DNA of 64,000 nucleotides, taken from positions 128,017-192,016 of the forward strand of contig NMRA01000603.1 of the NCBI GenBank assembly GCA_002633005.1. The letters are read 5' to 3'. A program made the translations under genes and the position numbers. The notes under the pieces are model-generated. The model saw only the letters and a list, made by a program, of their open reading frames with translations, did not search any database and was not told the DNA's origin. The DNA comes from Phoronis australis. Its lineage: Eukaryota > Animalia > Phoronida. Each line of letters starts with the position of its first letter. The first letter of the stretch is position 1. Below, in pieces: positions 62,703 through 64,000 of this stretch.

Positions 62703-64000
62703 AGTTAATAATGCAGTGTTCTCCACATCTGAAGATTTAAACAGGTCGCATGCGTAAAAACTGCAACGTAACGCAACTGCGTGGCGGTCAACGTTCTCCA
62801 TAAGCTAGTGTGCACATTATTTTTACCCACGCATTTTAATAGTAATGCACAGTAGTGCAACCAAATAACTGTGTTTATTCAACTTTCTATTCATTTGTAT
62901 TACTGATGTCTGCTGTTGTCGACAAAAATTCGGTTCGTACTGTTCGTGACACGGATATTTGCAATTTGTTGACCGAGCCCGGTAATATCACCACCATCCG
63001 GTCCTGGATTATCTGTCATATCTGCATCTTAGTCAACGTCAGTATCTGAAACATCTCTCAGTTTTTAAAATAATCCTTAGACTTAGCGGTCCTTCACCTT
63101 CCCGCGGCAGACAACATTTCTAAGAATGTGCATGTCAATCGCTAACAGAAGCCAGGATAGAATTCACTAATGTTAGGACCACGCGAGGTAAACGCGAGAT
63201 ATTACCGTGTGACTTCAATGAGAGCACGTTATTTTCAGCGCAAGACATATATTTTGAACTTTACTCATTGACATCATCCGCTGTCCCAAATCTCGAATAC
63301 TCCCCCAAAATCGCAAATGTCACGCACGGCCACTGAAGTTGAGTTTGCGAATGCTTGGCAGATTTTTAGAGGGAGTATGCGCCACAGGTGTAATGTTCAT
63401 GCTGCCTACGAAACTCCTTATAAGGTAAGGAGATGACCTCGGTCAATCTCAATGGTCTGTGGCACCAAAAGTAACCAATAATATTCATCTACGTGGGAAA
63501 TACATAAACAACAACCAATGAGAACCATCAAAAACAGTTTCATGCAAATGTTTGTTGAGACTGGTAGCGGTAAAGTCTGTGTCGTGTGGCCCACCCAATA
63601 TTGAAAAATGTGCTACGAAAACCAAAATTCTGGCCTCCCAGAAGACGGCCATAGTCTAAACTGCTGCACAGCGGTGTCTTTACCGACAACATATACTTCG
63701 CTGACAACATATACTTCGCAGAACTAACCACCAAGTCTTAATTATTTTCAATCCGTAATATGACCAGTTGTCCATGGAACACAAAAAGGTGACTTCAATA
63801 GGCCTAGTGGAGGCCTAACAATCAGCGACTTTTGTGCTGGACTGCACCTCCAGTGAGCAGGTAGTGGATTAGGCTTATAGGTACCACTGACACTGGGCCT
63901 TTGTTTAAATTCAATTGACTAAAACTAGTTGTTCAAGATGAATTAAATAGATAATTGAGAGATTATTTACACGCCATGTTACACCATAAATAGACTAGCA

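Noticed and set aside
63685-63719. 18-bp tandem duplication GACAACATATACTTCGC
   Set aside because: Ordinary slippage-type duplication with no linked feature

Overview
Eukaryotic, AT-rich, repeat-dense genomic DNA with spliceosomal introns and assembly gaps; gene and repeat content suggest an invertebrate animal (species not determinable here). Two genes lie tail-to-tail. (1) A complete 12-exon crossveinless-2/BMPER gene on + (ATG 27600, stop 46792; 611 aa by my splice reconstruction) with signal peptide, 5 VWC domains, a GDPH-VWD domain and a C8-type Cys region, but no C-terminal TIL. (2) A nucleostemin/GNL3-family circularly permuted GTPase on - (stop 47571, last secure exon ending 62222, first exon uncertain). 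A 4-exon block of it appears twice across a single-N join, most likely two uncollapsed haplotypes. The first ~27 kb and the introns hold transposon relics: two 5'-truncated non-LTR retrotransposons (one with a 9-bp TSD), CA...TG-ended non-autonomous DNA elements with 5-bp or 6-bp TSDs (some nested), long palindromic MITEs, a TA-flanked element with 11-bp periodic subterminal motifs, tRNA-derived fragments and a probable decayed SWIM/YqaJ ORF. I found no convincing new multi-gene system. The best leads are a 45-nt duplicated splice donor in GNL3, the 5-bp-TSD element group, and the YqaJ relic. All coordinates were read by eye and no database searches were run.
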